Source: Lama guanicoe
Taxonomy: Eukaryota
Direction of reading: 5' to 3'
DNA length: 64,000 nt
Assembly: GCA_013239625.1 (NCBI GenBank)
Contig: MU053304.1
Location: forward strand, 372,001-436,000
In this document: one piece after another, positions 41,665-52,750 of the stretch
How the letters are laid out: every line of letters begins with the position of its first letter
How positions within the stretch are numbered: position 1 is the stretch's first letter
Notes under the pieces: model-generated
What the model was told of the DNA's origin: nothing
Seen by the model: the letters and a program-made list of their open reading frames with translations, nothing else
The model's database searches: none
Made by a program: the position numbers and the translations under genes

Positions 41665-42766
41665 CTGAGAAGAAAAAAAAACAGTTCACAGATCAAGCTA
41701 TTTATAATCACTGCAGTGTTCAAGCAGAGGACAGATGACCATGTGCCACGGTTTTGTACTGTTTTATTGCTTGGTCCCTGAGGTCCCTTCCAACTCTTTG
41801 ACTCTTTGAAGAAAAATAAATAAGGTTATTAAGGCCCCAAATTTAATTTTTCTCCCTCAGGAATCCATGTTTTACACTCCACACAGCATGCCCAAGAACT
41901 ACTTTTGTCACACACACACAGATGCGCACACACACAAAGCAGAAAGCACAGGGAGCAGTTCATCTTTTCTCAGGATTCCCTTGCCGTCAAAACGAAGACT
42001 GGATCAGCCTGTCTACACAACAGCTTGGGAGGTACAGCACAAGCCACTAACAATCCAAACCGAATAAAGTATAGGGTTGGCTCCAAGTTTCAGGACTGCA
42101 AGTGGACTGTGAATTCTGGAGATTAGCACAGCGTTAAGGTGTGACAAAAGAGCCCAATTGGGGCAGGAAACCAGGATATCAGTCAGCACCAAACAAAATT
42201 ACGTATTCCTCACTAATGCTAATGGCAAAGAGCCACCTGTAGAAGAAAAATGAAAGAGATACTATTCTACCAGGAACTGCTCTCCTCTGCTCTGCTGCCA
42301 GTTACCATAACTGGGTGCTTCCCTTACAAATATGCACCTGTTACTCTTGCAATTTACCAAACTCAGGAAAGTCTGAACAGGAATACCCAAGTGGTATTCT
42401 GTGGACACCAATAATACTACTACTCAATTTTTACCATCTTATAAAAAAAAGGTTCTAAAAACTGTATAATTTCAGACCACTGAAAGGCTACTAGTTTATT
42501 CCCAGATCACATATGGAAAAAAACTGTGGGAGGATAAAGGTGATTTGCTAAGCACTCCAATGAGAACTCTGGCATCCTAATACCCAGTCTAACTTCTCAG
42601 GTTATCAAAAACCTCCTGAAGTCCTGAATTAGAAGTGGAAGAGATCATCAAATCTAGCCGCCACTTTTCAGACAGACAATTACAAAACTAGCTATAAAAG
42701 ACTATTTTCTCTAGAGCAGACACTCCCAAGTTTCTCCCACTGGCTTAAATCAACAAGTTCTTTCTG

Positions 42767-43409
42767 AGAGGACGCGACGTGAGTCGCGATGCTGAATCCT
42801 GCTTACCTAGGAAATGCAGCTAACACATCAGCTGGACCTATTTCCTGAATATAGAGTGACCCTTCTGTTATTTAAAGATGTAAAAAAATGCTGGAGACTT
42901 GAGGAAAAAGGCCATGGAAGGTGCAATTGATGGCTCATTAATAAACCCTACAGTGATTGTGGATTCATTTCAGATACTTGTGGAGCAAACAAAGCAGTTC
43001 ACCTCTACAAACTGAGAAGAATGAAGACAAGAACTCTATCTACTGAAATTATTTTCAATCTTTCCCCAACTAACAATATTTCAGAGGCTTTGAAGAAATT
43101 TGGTATCTCAGCAAATGACACTTCAATTCTAATTACTTATATTGAAGAGGGAGAAAAACAAATAAATCAAGAAGACCTAATATCTCAGGTGGAAGGTCAT
43201 CAAGTTTCTCTAGAATATCTACCTGAAATAACAAATATTACAGAAGTGAAAAAGATATATAAACTATCTTCACAAGAAGAAAATATTGGGACATTATTGG
43301 ATGGTATCATTTGTAGAATGTCAACAAAAGATGTTTTATGAAATGAAAAATATTAATAGTTTTCAGCATTTATTAAAAACATTGGTTATTTTTTCCAAAT
43401 TTAAAAAAA
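42767..43409 (+). pseudogene. TPRKB: Processed pseudogene of TP53RK-binding protein (CGI-121, KEOPS subunit)
   Basis: Intronless, ATG 42814 ([24 protein letters not shown]) to TGA 43341 (...[11 protein letters not shown]). +1 A near 42882-42888, in-frame TGA at 42928-42930, -1 near 42983. ATTAAA 43372-43377, A-tail, and TSD AAGTTCTTTCTG at 42755-42766 and 43410-43421. Confidence 0.95.
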
Positions 43410-43476
43410 AAGTTCTTTCTGGCTTTAATTTTCATCTACCTCCTCTTACCCAAACTTCCATATAAAACAACCACTT

Positions 43477-43627
43477 TGGTAGAGGAAGGTATAGCTCAGT
43501 GGTAACTTGCATGCTTAGCATGTACAAGGTCCCGGGTTCAATCCCCAGTACCTCGGTCAAAAAAAGAAATCTAATTACCCCACACATACAAAAAAATTTT
43601 AATTTAAAAACAAAAACAAAAACAAAA
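43477..43627 (+). mobile_element. tRNA-derived SINE (vic-1-like)
   Basis: gtatagctcagtgg...gggttcaatccccagtacc, A-rich tail, TSD aaccactt at 43469-43476 and 43628-43635. Confidence 0.88.
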
Positions 43628-43699
43628 AACCACTTGGCATATTCATTCAGGCTTTTCATGAACCTGAAGGAACATATTACCCCTTTGTCATCACTTCTT

Positions 43700-44190
43700 T
43701 TGAAAAATGATGAGCTATCAAGCCATGAAAAGACATGGAGGAAATTTAAATGCAATATTACTAAGTGAAAGAAGCAAATCTGAATGGTTACATATGTTTG
43801 ATTCCAACTATATGACATTCTGGAAAATTTTAAACTATGAAGACAGTAAAAAGATCAGTGGTTGCCAGGGATTAGAAGGGAGAGAGGGATAAACAGGTAG
43901 AACACAAAGAATTTTTAGGGCAGTATAATACTCTATATGATATTTACACAGCAGATATATGTCATTATACATCTGTCTGAACCCAAAGACTGTACAACAC
44001 CAAGTGTGAACCCTAATGTAAACAATGGTCTTTGGGTGATAATGACGTGTCCGGGTAGGTATCACACTGGTGGGGGTTATTGGTAATGGGGGAGGCTATG
44101 CATGGGGTACATTAGAACTCTCTGTACCTTCGTCTCAACTTTATTGTGAATCTAAAACTGCTCTAAAAAAAAGTCTATTAAAAAAACAAA
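43700..44190 (+). mobile_element. LINE-1 3' end (L1MC-like)
   Basis: gacatggaggaaatttaaatgc...ctaagtgaaagaagc...gatcagtggttgccaggg...aaaactgctctaaaaaaa. Confidence 0.8.
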
Positions 44191-44399
44191 AAACTCAGTT
44201 TTCTTAAGTTTTCCTCAAGGGACTCCTTTTCTATTCTCTGGTAAATTAAATTTTTACTGAAAGCTTACTGTGTGTCAGGCTACACAATACGCTCTAAGGA
44301 AACAACTGTGAGCACACAGACTTTACCCTCATGGAGCTTACAGTCTAGCAAGCCAGCCTACCATTAAATAAAAATTCACAATTGAAAAATAGAAGTGGG

Positions 44400-45030
44400 T
44401 CTTTGTGTTTCTAGCTGTTGCAGGGAAAGGAAATGATGCAGCGTCCACACATCTGCAATGGATATCATGAGGAACTACCCAAGTTTCCTGATCAAGAGGA
44501 ATAAGCTAGGGTGAAAGGGTATAGCTCCGTGGTAGAGTGCACTTAGCCTACACAAGGTCCTGGGTTCAATCCCTAGTACCGCCATTGAATAAATAAATAA
44601 ATAAACCAAATTACCACTCTCCCCTCCCCCCAAAAAGAATAATAAGCAGATATACAGCAGCCAGCCAGCCAGTAACCTGAAGACACACAACTCCTTTTGC
44701 TACAACAGGCTGATCCAAGGCAAGGCTGTGGGCATGGAGCCGGCAGCCAATGGCAAAGGTGTCCTCGTGGTCATAAACTGAAGAACTAGCCAGCAAAAGC
44801 CAGTCACCTCCTATGTGTGGACCACCATCAACAAGAATGCCTGGAACACCCTCAACAGCATCGTGCACATGAACAAGGGCCGCCCAGACCTGCACACGGC
44901 TACCATCAGCAGAGCTGGCACCATCCTAGGCAGCCAGAAAGCAGCTGTGATGGTGAAGAGGAAGTTAACCTACCCCACCAAGAGCTCCTGAGCACAACTC
45001 CCAAAGTAATAAAGATGTCAGCAGACTTCT
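44400..45030 (+). pseudogene. RPL28: Processed pseudogene of 60S ribosomal protein L28, interrupted by a SINE
   Basis: Degenerate S-T-HLQW...FLIKRNK, then (after the SINE) Q-IYS...NLK..NSF.YN.LI...[16 protein letters not shown]...[15 protein letters not shown]...PTKSS* (TGA 44989-44991). AATAAA 45008-45013. Start codon lost; stops and indels present. Confidence 0.9.
44507..44634 (+). mobile_element. tRNA-derived SINE (vic-1-like) nested in the RPL28 pseudogene
   Basis: A-box-like tagctccgtgg, B-box ggttcaatcc, (aaat)n, A-tail. Imperfect TSD aagaggaataagc / aagaataataagc. Confidence 0.88.
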
Positions 45031-45655
45031 CAATCTATGTAAAAATACTAATCAATAAATATAAAAGTATCTAAAGCAGGAAGTAGATGGTTAAAAGCAT
45101 ATGCTGCTTTACATCTCTGTTCCACCTGGTTATTTTTCACCAGATCTTCTCATTTTTAAGGCACAACAACCAAAAGTGATACTCAAGGTTTTAATAACAA
45201 CCACCACACAAGCAAACAAAGTAAAAAGGACTAATTCCAAGCTTTTCATGTCATATCTTTTTTAACACATCTATTTTATAATTGCCCTTTTCACGGGAAC
45301 AATACACTCTTTATTCACAATCATCTCATGTTCAATAGCAATCATTTTCTGCTGTGTATGTACCTGATCAATCTTCATTGTCTATATTCGCACTAGAGGT
45401 TTTATGCCCCTAAGAATGACTAAAACTACCTTTGCTAAACATCAGTCCACACTTCTAGTCTACTTTTTCAATTTATCAGGTTCAATTGGATATTCCCCTA
45501 TCTTTCAAGTTATTAGCAGCCTAACTTAAATTGACCCCAAATTCACATGAAAATATTGACCAGAAGGAGGCCAGGACATCATCCTTGCTCTCTTATCCTG
45601 CCCCATTAATTCTCATTCCTCTCTCAACAGAGCACCTCACAGATCCACAGCTTCA

Positions 45656-45931
<276 letters not shown>

Positions 45932-47309
45932 TCATTCTTCCTTCTTCTTTGCAAAATCTACGTTTATTCAATGTTGGATCAGACATCAGAATACTTTAAT
46001 TTTATAGTATTCAATAAGAAAAAACAGGTCCTGAGTCCAGATCTCACTTTGTGAAATGGGTAGGGTTCAACCTGTAGTTAAAGGGATTTTGTCCTTATTC
46101 TGACATTTGAAACACATTTAGTAAAAGCCACTTCATCTCCACCTGGCCCTTACCCAAAGGCAGCACCTTTTAAGCCCTTAAACCTAACCAGAACCTAAAG
46201 AAACACACAGAAGTATCTCAGTTGTTGTTTTATATCCATTCATTTTTAGACTCTGGTTGAGAAGCAGAGAATCTTGCCCATACACAGAGGCAGCAGAGGT
46301 AAGCAAAACAAATCTGTCACAGCTTCCAGTATGTCATCAGAATCCCACCTACAGCCAAATACAGATAAGGAAAGATACGAAAAGCAGATGTCCCATTTAA
46401 TGAAAAAAGTCATTGACAGAATATAAAAAGGGGGAAATCATCTTGATAGATAAGAGGCAACATGTTCAAACTAAGAAAATACACGCATACATGCTGTGTA
46501 AGTCCATGAGGAAAATCCCTTTATTTGGCCTCCTATTGATATGTAACATTTACCAAACGTGACTTCAGAATTTGTATGAAACCTCAAGAAAACAATTTTA
46601 AAAAATCTAAGAAATCAATGAAGATATAATGTTGCCATCCTTAAGACATTAGGACAGGAGGGTCCCCCAACTGTATAATCTACTTACTACAAACTGAGTG
46701 TGTGTGAATACACATACTGCGTATCTACTCTACAGGAGTCTTGCATAAGGAAAGATTACTTCTCCAAGAATAATATATACCAAGCAGTGTGACAAAATGA
46801 AGGAGAAAGGGTATAGTACAGTGAAAAAAAGAACACATCAAAGAAGGATAGTTTGATGCAAGAGAAACTAAGTTTTCCTGTAGAAGTAGATACAAATAGC
46901 AGCAGCCCTTTCACAGTATTACAGAAACAAGTATGTTGCCTCACCCAGGGTTACCTAAGAAGGTCTTGTCGGAAACAAAAAAAAAAAATGAAGTGCGAGG
47001 GAATAAAGGTTGGTGAGGGAACAGGAAACTGGAGGGAGAACGGGAGAGAATAGGAGGGAGATGTGGAGGGGAGGTGATGGTTAGGAGAGGAGAAACAAAA
47101 ACCTCCTTTCAAAGTGGACATTTGTGAAGACACTGAATGGAAGGGCCTGGTGATAGAGAAGAGGTAGAAAAATGGACAGAAACTTAGGTCCCTCAAAAAA
47201 ATCTTGGCCAAAAGAGCAAAGCCAGTGGGGGCAGAGGTAAGGAAGCGCTGATAATCGCTTTCTTCTGGAGTGGGAGGGCCTGAAAAGGCGGCTAGGAACT
47301 CAGGGGAGA

Positions 47310-47870
47310 TGAATTCCCGTCGTGGCGGGCGCTATTTTGACGGATGGCAGAGGGTCAAAGAGGCAGCCTTAGGGGGTGGGAAAGAGAGAGCAGTTGCGGT
47401 GCGGCAGCTGAGGGTCGCAGACTGGGGTGAGCTTCAGACTGGGTGGCGTGTTACAGGCAGGGCCGCGGGTGCAGAGTAAGGAGCCGCGGGGAGCGCTCCC
47501 GGAGCGGGGGCGGGGCAGTGTGACCGCGAGCTTTTCCCACGGCTGGCGCTAAGCCTGACGGCCCAGATGAGCCAGGCGCGCCGGGCTCCGCCCTCTCGCC
47601 AGCCCCTACCTGTCCTCGCCGCCTCTCTGTCCTCTTGGTCGCTGACTTGGCCTCCCGGCGCCTGCCCGCAGGTTGTCAAGCGTCCATGATCTGCCGGGCG
47701 TCCGACGCTTTTCTGTCTCCGCCAACCCGTTGCCCTTGCGGCTCCCCCGGAAGCCTCCCGCCGCTGCACTCGAGTTCCGCCCACACTAGGTTCCCCCTGC
47801 GGCGTTCGCAGCCTCAAACCTTCAGCGCGCCCCGGCCAGGGAAAGGGGGTCCGAGCCGGGTGGGGGTCCT
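47310..47870. promoter_or_regulatory. CpG island / main COPS7B promoter
   Basis: High GC and CpG density. GC box ggggcgggg near 47507, ETS-type CCGGAAG at 47747-47753. Surrounds exon 1. Confidence 0.85.
47610..47730 (-). other. COPS7B: COPS7B non-coding exon 1 (5' end approximate)
   Basis: Lies inside a CpG island. Donor ggacag|gtaggg at 47609. Joining to the exon 2 acceptor gives ...GGACAGATCTCAAGGTCAGAGAATG, like the recalled human 5'UTR. Confidence 0.8.
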
Positions 47871-49559
47871 AAGGAGAGGAATGCAACCTAGGCATTACTG
47901 GGCCCCAAACCATCGCTATTACCATACTGGGCCCTAAAACCGCCTCTTTGGCCCAGCTTTACCCCTCAGAAGTTCCCTATAGCGACTGTGTCTACCCAGG
48001 GGGGTACAGAGACAATAAGCAGTAAAAACTACCATTTTTTGAGCGTTCTTCCATGTGCCGGGTGCTGTACATTGTCTTGTTGAATTCTCATAGTAACTCT
48101 ATGGCCTGTAATATTATTCCCATTTTTCAAGTGAGATAACTAAGCCTAAAAATCCAAAAGCCAGTAAAGGTCAGTCTCCTTTGTAACCCAGGCTATCTGA
48201 AACCAAAGACCATGTTCTTCACCTCTAATCAGAAAAGGTTTTAAAATAAGCAAAAGATGGGTTGAGACAACAATGGTTCTGTGACGAAAATGACATTCAC
48301 GGCATTGCATTTGGTACTTACCAACTCCCCTGGGAGACAGTAAGAATGTTACATAACTGAACACTTAAACTGGTCCCTTTAAACTATACATCACAGACTT
48401 TCAGTTCTTGAAGATGAGAATAAGAGGCCTGTTTACGTTTTGTGCATTTGAATGCAGAAATCAATCAGACAGATGCAAAGGAGCCTAGCAACAACTAACT
48501 CATTTATTTAAAAAATTTCTTTGCACCTATTATATTCTAGAAGGTTATAAGAAGAAAAGACAAGGTTCTTGCCCTAAAAAAGCTTCAATGTTTTAAGTGC
48601 CATGAGAGACAGATGATAACACTTTGGAACCACAGAAGAGAATGTGCTGGGGAAGAGAAAATGGGCATCTTATGGGTAAAGGGGGTAAGTAAAAGAGGTC
48701 AATGACCATAGTCACAGAGGTTTGCACTGTGCAGTATATACTGATGCATAAAAGAAACCCATGACTGGGACCCAGGGTTCACAGGTGAGAAATGGGGGCT
48801 ACAGAGTTGAAGTTAGGTCATCGAGGTTCTTGGAAACCACATTCAAGGCACTATACCCAGTAAAAACCTAAATACTGCTAAGTTCCTACCTAGGAAAGCT
48901 CAGAGCTCCTGGGAGAGACAGGCCTGTCTGGCTATTACAGACCATGCCATAGGCAGCCCAAGGGTACAGATGAGGCTCTCCTCACTGTACCCGGAGGAGA
49001 GGTGATTTAAGGCAGGATTCTGGACGAAATGATACTTGAGTTAAGCCTGGAACAATGAGCAAGCAAATCAGAAAGAGTATAAGCCATGTTAAAGAGTTTT
49101 TGTTTTATCTTAAGGGCACTGGGGAGCTATTTAGGGTTTCTTTTTTTTTTTTTAGCTGTGGAGAGGTCTGAATAATTGCCATTTTGGACACTAGCTGTTA
49201 TAGGAATGGATTGGATATGGAGGGAACTAGAGGCAGGGAAATGCTTGAGGTGACTGATGTATTCCATTTAAGAGACTGTGAGATCTTAAAGAAAAGTAGT
49301 GGCAGTTGGGCATAAAATCAGAAGGGACAGTGTTGGAGACATTTAGACCATAGTCTCTATCAGACCTGGTGACCAGTTGAATGCAGGGATAGGGAAAGAG
49401 GATCTCACCCAGGATTCTAGCTGGGGAGGCTAGAGCTGTCTGGAGGTGGTGTAAGTGAACAGGGCTGTGGAGGAGAAGGGGCAAACATGATGGTGGAAGG
49501 AAGACAACTAAGTTCTGCTGAGTTCCTGAACATTCTGGCTATGTCTCCATTTCCTCCAC

Positions 49560-50045
49560 ACAAGCCAGCAACTCCTCTCCTAGAAATAAGTGCACAAGCC
49601 CACGAAAAGAAACATATGAGTATTCACTGCAGCTTTTTAAATAAAAGCCCAAAACTGGTAACTGAACACTTAAATGCCCATGAATAGTAGAGTAGGCAAA
49701 TAGTGCTACATACATTACAGTGGAAAACCACTCAGTTTTCAAAAAACAAGCTACTGCTACATACAACATGGATGAATCTCACAAACATACTGAGGAATGA
49801 AAAAAGCCAGACTCATACTGCGCATACTATGTGATTACATTTAAATGAAATTGAAGAACAGATAAAACTGATCTATAGTCACTGAAGTCAGAAGAGTGGC
49901 TATTGGGATGGGACGATGCAGTACTGACTGCGAAGGGACACAAGGGGTGCTGGAAATGTTCTGTATCTTCACATGTGGTCTATACATACGCAAAAACTGT
50001 GCCCTTGCTGTATGCGTTATACCTCATTAACAAAAAAACTTACAA
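49560..50045 (+). mobile_element. Old LINE-1 3' fragment (L1MB/ME-like)
   Basis: caacatggatgaatctcacaaacat...gaaaaaagccagac...gggtgctggaaatgttctgtatctt. Confidence 0.7.
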
Positions 50046-50572
50046 ATAAAAATTTCTAACATGGAAAAAAATCCTACTCATACCACCTCCTCCATCAAGT
50101 TTTGCCAGCTGAAATACAGCTTTCCATTGGGGCCTCTGTAGCATTTAGTGTCCTTTCTTTTGTGCCATTTATCACAGTCCATCTTGAATTCTGGGAGTCT
50201 CTTTATTTCTCTAACTGAATGGTTATCTTCCTGGTGGCAATGACCATTTCTTTCACCTTATACCAACAGAGAGCCTGGCAAATAGCAAAAGCTGAAAAAG
50301 GTGTTTGTTGAAATACATGGAAGGAAAAATTGGGTGGGTGCCCAGATTGGTGAAAGGGGGACAGGAAGGGGAGGGAAGGCCTAGGAAAAGATAGCAGATC
50401 TCCAAGGAAACCTTAGCTTACACTACAATTTTACCTAGTTTCTGCAACCACATTAAATGTCACCTTGAGCAGTAAAGAAAACATCAAAACACCAAGTCTT
50501 ACCTAAACGGAGGATAAACAAACATTACATTCCTTCACTTGCAGGAAATCCACCAAATAAATGCCTACTTAA

Positions 50573-51049
50573 TGTCGACTGAAGAAAAACACACAACCTA
50601 AAAGTTGAAAACTATGTTTTTATTCAGGGACCTTACTGTGTACTGTAGCCCAGGAGATAGCCTTTCAGATAGCTTTGAGGAACTGCTCCGAAGAGGTAAA
50701 GGAGGAGCCAGGCTACATAGTTTTTGCTGGGGAAAAAAAATGTAGTCAAATATCAAAAGATTACTGCTAATCACAAAAAACAGATATCTCAAATGAATGA
50801 TTTTAGTGTTTATGTATGGGAAGATGCAAGAATCTAAGGGTCACTGAAATTATTCCTTACATATGTTTCTTAACTGTATAGGACAAGTATCCTGTTTTTT
50901 CCATCCTAAATTCCCCTGTGGGCCCATTTTCAGGGGCAGCTTCAGTGGCTGAGGGCTTGATGGTTGGCAACATTCCTTGTTGTTTACTGGAATGTCAAGC
51001 AATATTCATTGTTTACTAATATGGCAGGCAACATTTTTTTCTGTCCACA
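50573..51049 (-). mobile_element. Solo ERV1-type LTR (resembles cetartiodactyl MER41-like LTRs)
   Basis: TG...CA termini with inverted ends TGTCGAC / GTCCACA and 4-bp flanks ttaa / ctaa. 477 bp. Family name is from recollection. Confidence 0.7.
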
Positions 51050-51599
51050 CTAACCTCTGGATGTTTCAACCTGGGTGGGAAAACTTCACCAAGGAGAATA
51101 AGGTCGCATAGCCATGCTGCTAAAAATATCACCACCCTAGAGCCCAGAATGCAGGAGACTTAGATCCGAATTTTAACTCTGCCCCATCTTACTGTGGCCC
51201 GTGGACAATCTCTTCGCCTCTCTGGGCCTCAGTTTCCTCATAAGTAAAACAACTGGAGTTGGATTGGCAAATTCTCTGAATTCTGACTGCATTGATATTC
51301 TGAGTACACAATCCATATCTCTCCCAGTCCAACGCAGGAGCACATCAGAAACCCCTGCAAAACACGTAAAAGGCGCCCCAGAACAAGAAGCACGACTTGA
51401 AGGACTCATTTTGTTATATTATCTTTCACAGTTTAATCAGTGTTTGTGTTTGTTTTTTCAGTCTTACCATGACTTGCAGGAGATTTCTGAGTTCCATGTA
51501 AATAGAAGTTACCTCTCTGTGGGCTGTCATCTTCTTTTGAGGCTGAAGAGGATCTTCCCGTCTGGTTTCAAGACTCGGGATTCAGAAAACACCAAGCCT

Positions 51600-52750
51600 A
51601 CAAGCCGGTTTATGAATTTGCGCACGCTGCGCGGCACACTGGAATCTAAGTTACAGAGAAATAGAGTGCTGGGAATGCTGGGATTTGTAGTCCCTGGGCT
51701 TCTTGTTGCGTGCTGGGATCTGTGGTCCCCCAGGTGCCCCCTGGAATGCTGGGAAGTGGAGTCTCTGCCACATCGCACAGGGCAACCTGCCGTCATCTCA
51801 GAACCCTGCTGTGCCAGCGTCAGGGGCGGTCCCCTCGAGCCTCTGCAGGTCTGAAGCCAACCCTCCGCTGGGGCACACTCTAGGCAACAACACTGAAAGA
51901 AAAATTTGTCCTATAAGACTCCCCCAGGAGGGCCCTTCCCTTTGACGCTCTTCGTCCCCCAGCGAAGCCGCTGAGTGTTTCTATTGGATGATCAAGATGC
52001 CAATCTCCGAGGCGGGCTTTCCATTGGCTTCGGGGCGGGCGCTCCGAGGCTAGAGGGAAGGAGAAGGGATCAAGAGCGGGAGCTGAGGGGAGGGAGAGGC
52101 CGGACGGGGTCTGGCGGCTGCCGCTGTTCACCCGAGGACTCCAGGCCGGGCTGTGGCACTGTCCTCTGCTCCTGGGCACCGCCTGCGAGGCTCCGCCGAG
52201 GCAGCGTGGGAGAGCCGCGGGCGGCGGCCGCCGCATCATGTCAGCCAAGGACGAGCGTGCCAGGGAGATCCTGAGGGGCTTCAAACTGTATCCGCCCGGG
52301 AGCGGGGCGGGGCCGGGAGGACTTGGGAGGCGGCCGCTTGCTGAGGAGACGGGCCGGGGGCGGGGGCCTCGCCAGGTGGGCACCGCAGGAGTGGGCGGCG
52401 GGAAGTGAGGAAAGGAACGGCGTCCCGGGCCCCCGGTGGGACCTGGCGCAGGAGGCGGGGAAATGGGCGTCTTGTGGGAAGAAGGGGACGTTGACGGGAG
52501 CCCCGCGGGATAGAAGCTGAGGAGCCCCAGAATTGGGCTGGAGAGGCGCCGGGCGTCGGAAACGTGCGTGTCGAGGAGGCGCGCTTGGGTCGGAGAAGAG
52601 AGGCCGGGAATGGGCTGCGGCCCGCGCGGAAGGGCTGAGGGGGCGCGGTGGGCTGGCCTCGAAGCCCAGCAGCCTCTTTGGCGGGAAGCCCCCCGGGGCA
52701 GCAGGGAAGACTGACTTGGAGCGAGTGACCTTGTGCGACAAATGCAGATG
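51600..52750. promoter_or_regulatory. CpG island / PDE6D promoter (possibly bidirectional)
   Basis: CpG-dense. CCAAT boxes at 51983-51987 (reverse), 52000-52004 and 52023-52027 (reverse), GC boxes near 52011 and 52032, and three ZNF143-type motifs at 51676-51764. Confidence 0.88.
52238..52287 (+). CDS. PDE6D: Phosphodiesterase 6 delta (prenyl-binding protein), coding part of exon 1 (50 nt); the gene continues beyond the window
   Basis: gccgcatcATGTCAGCC... translates MSAKDERAREILRGFK(L), recognised as the PDE6D N-terminus. Followed by GTATCC. Head-to-head with COPS7B as recalled for human. Exon 2 (NWMNLRD...) was not seen in the window. Confidence 0.93.

Noticed and set aside
43021..43341. 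106-aa ORF as a functional TPRKB gene
   Set aside because: Intronless with poly-A and TSD, and the upstream part has frameshifts and a premature stop. It is a retrocopy.
43477..43560. tRNA gene (also at 5971, 25470, 44507, 62297)
   Set aside because: A and B boxes are present, but the copies are dispersed, diverged, have A-rich tails and in some cases TSDs. They are SINEs, not tRNAs.
51676..51764. Regularly spaced repeats with unique spacers, superficially like a mini-CRISPR
   Set aside because: Only three degenerate 18-bp units in a vertebrate promoter, no cas genes, and a match to the ZNF143 motif.
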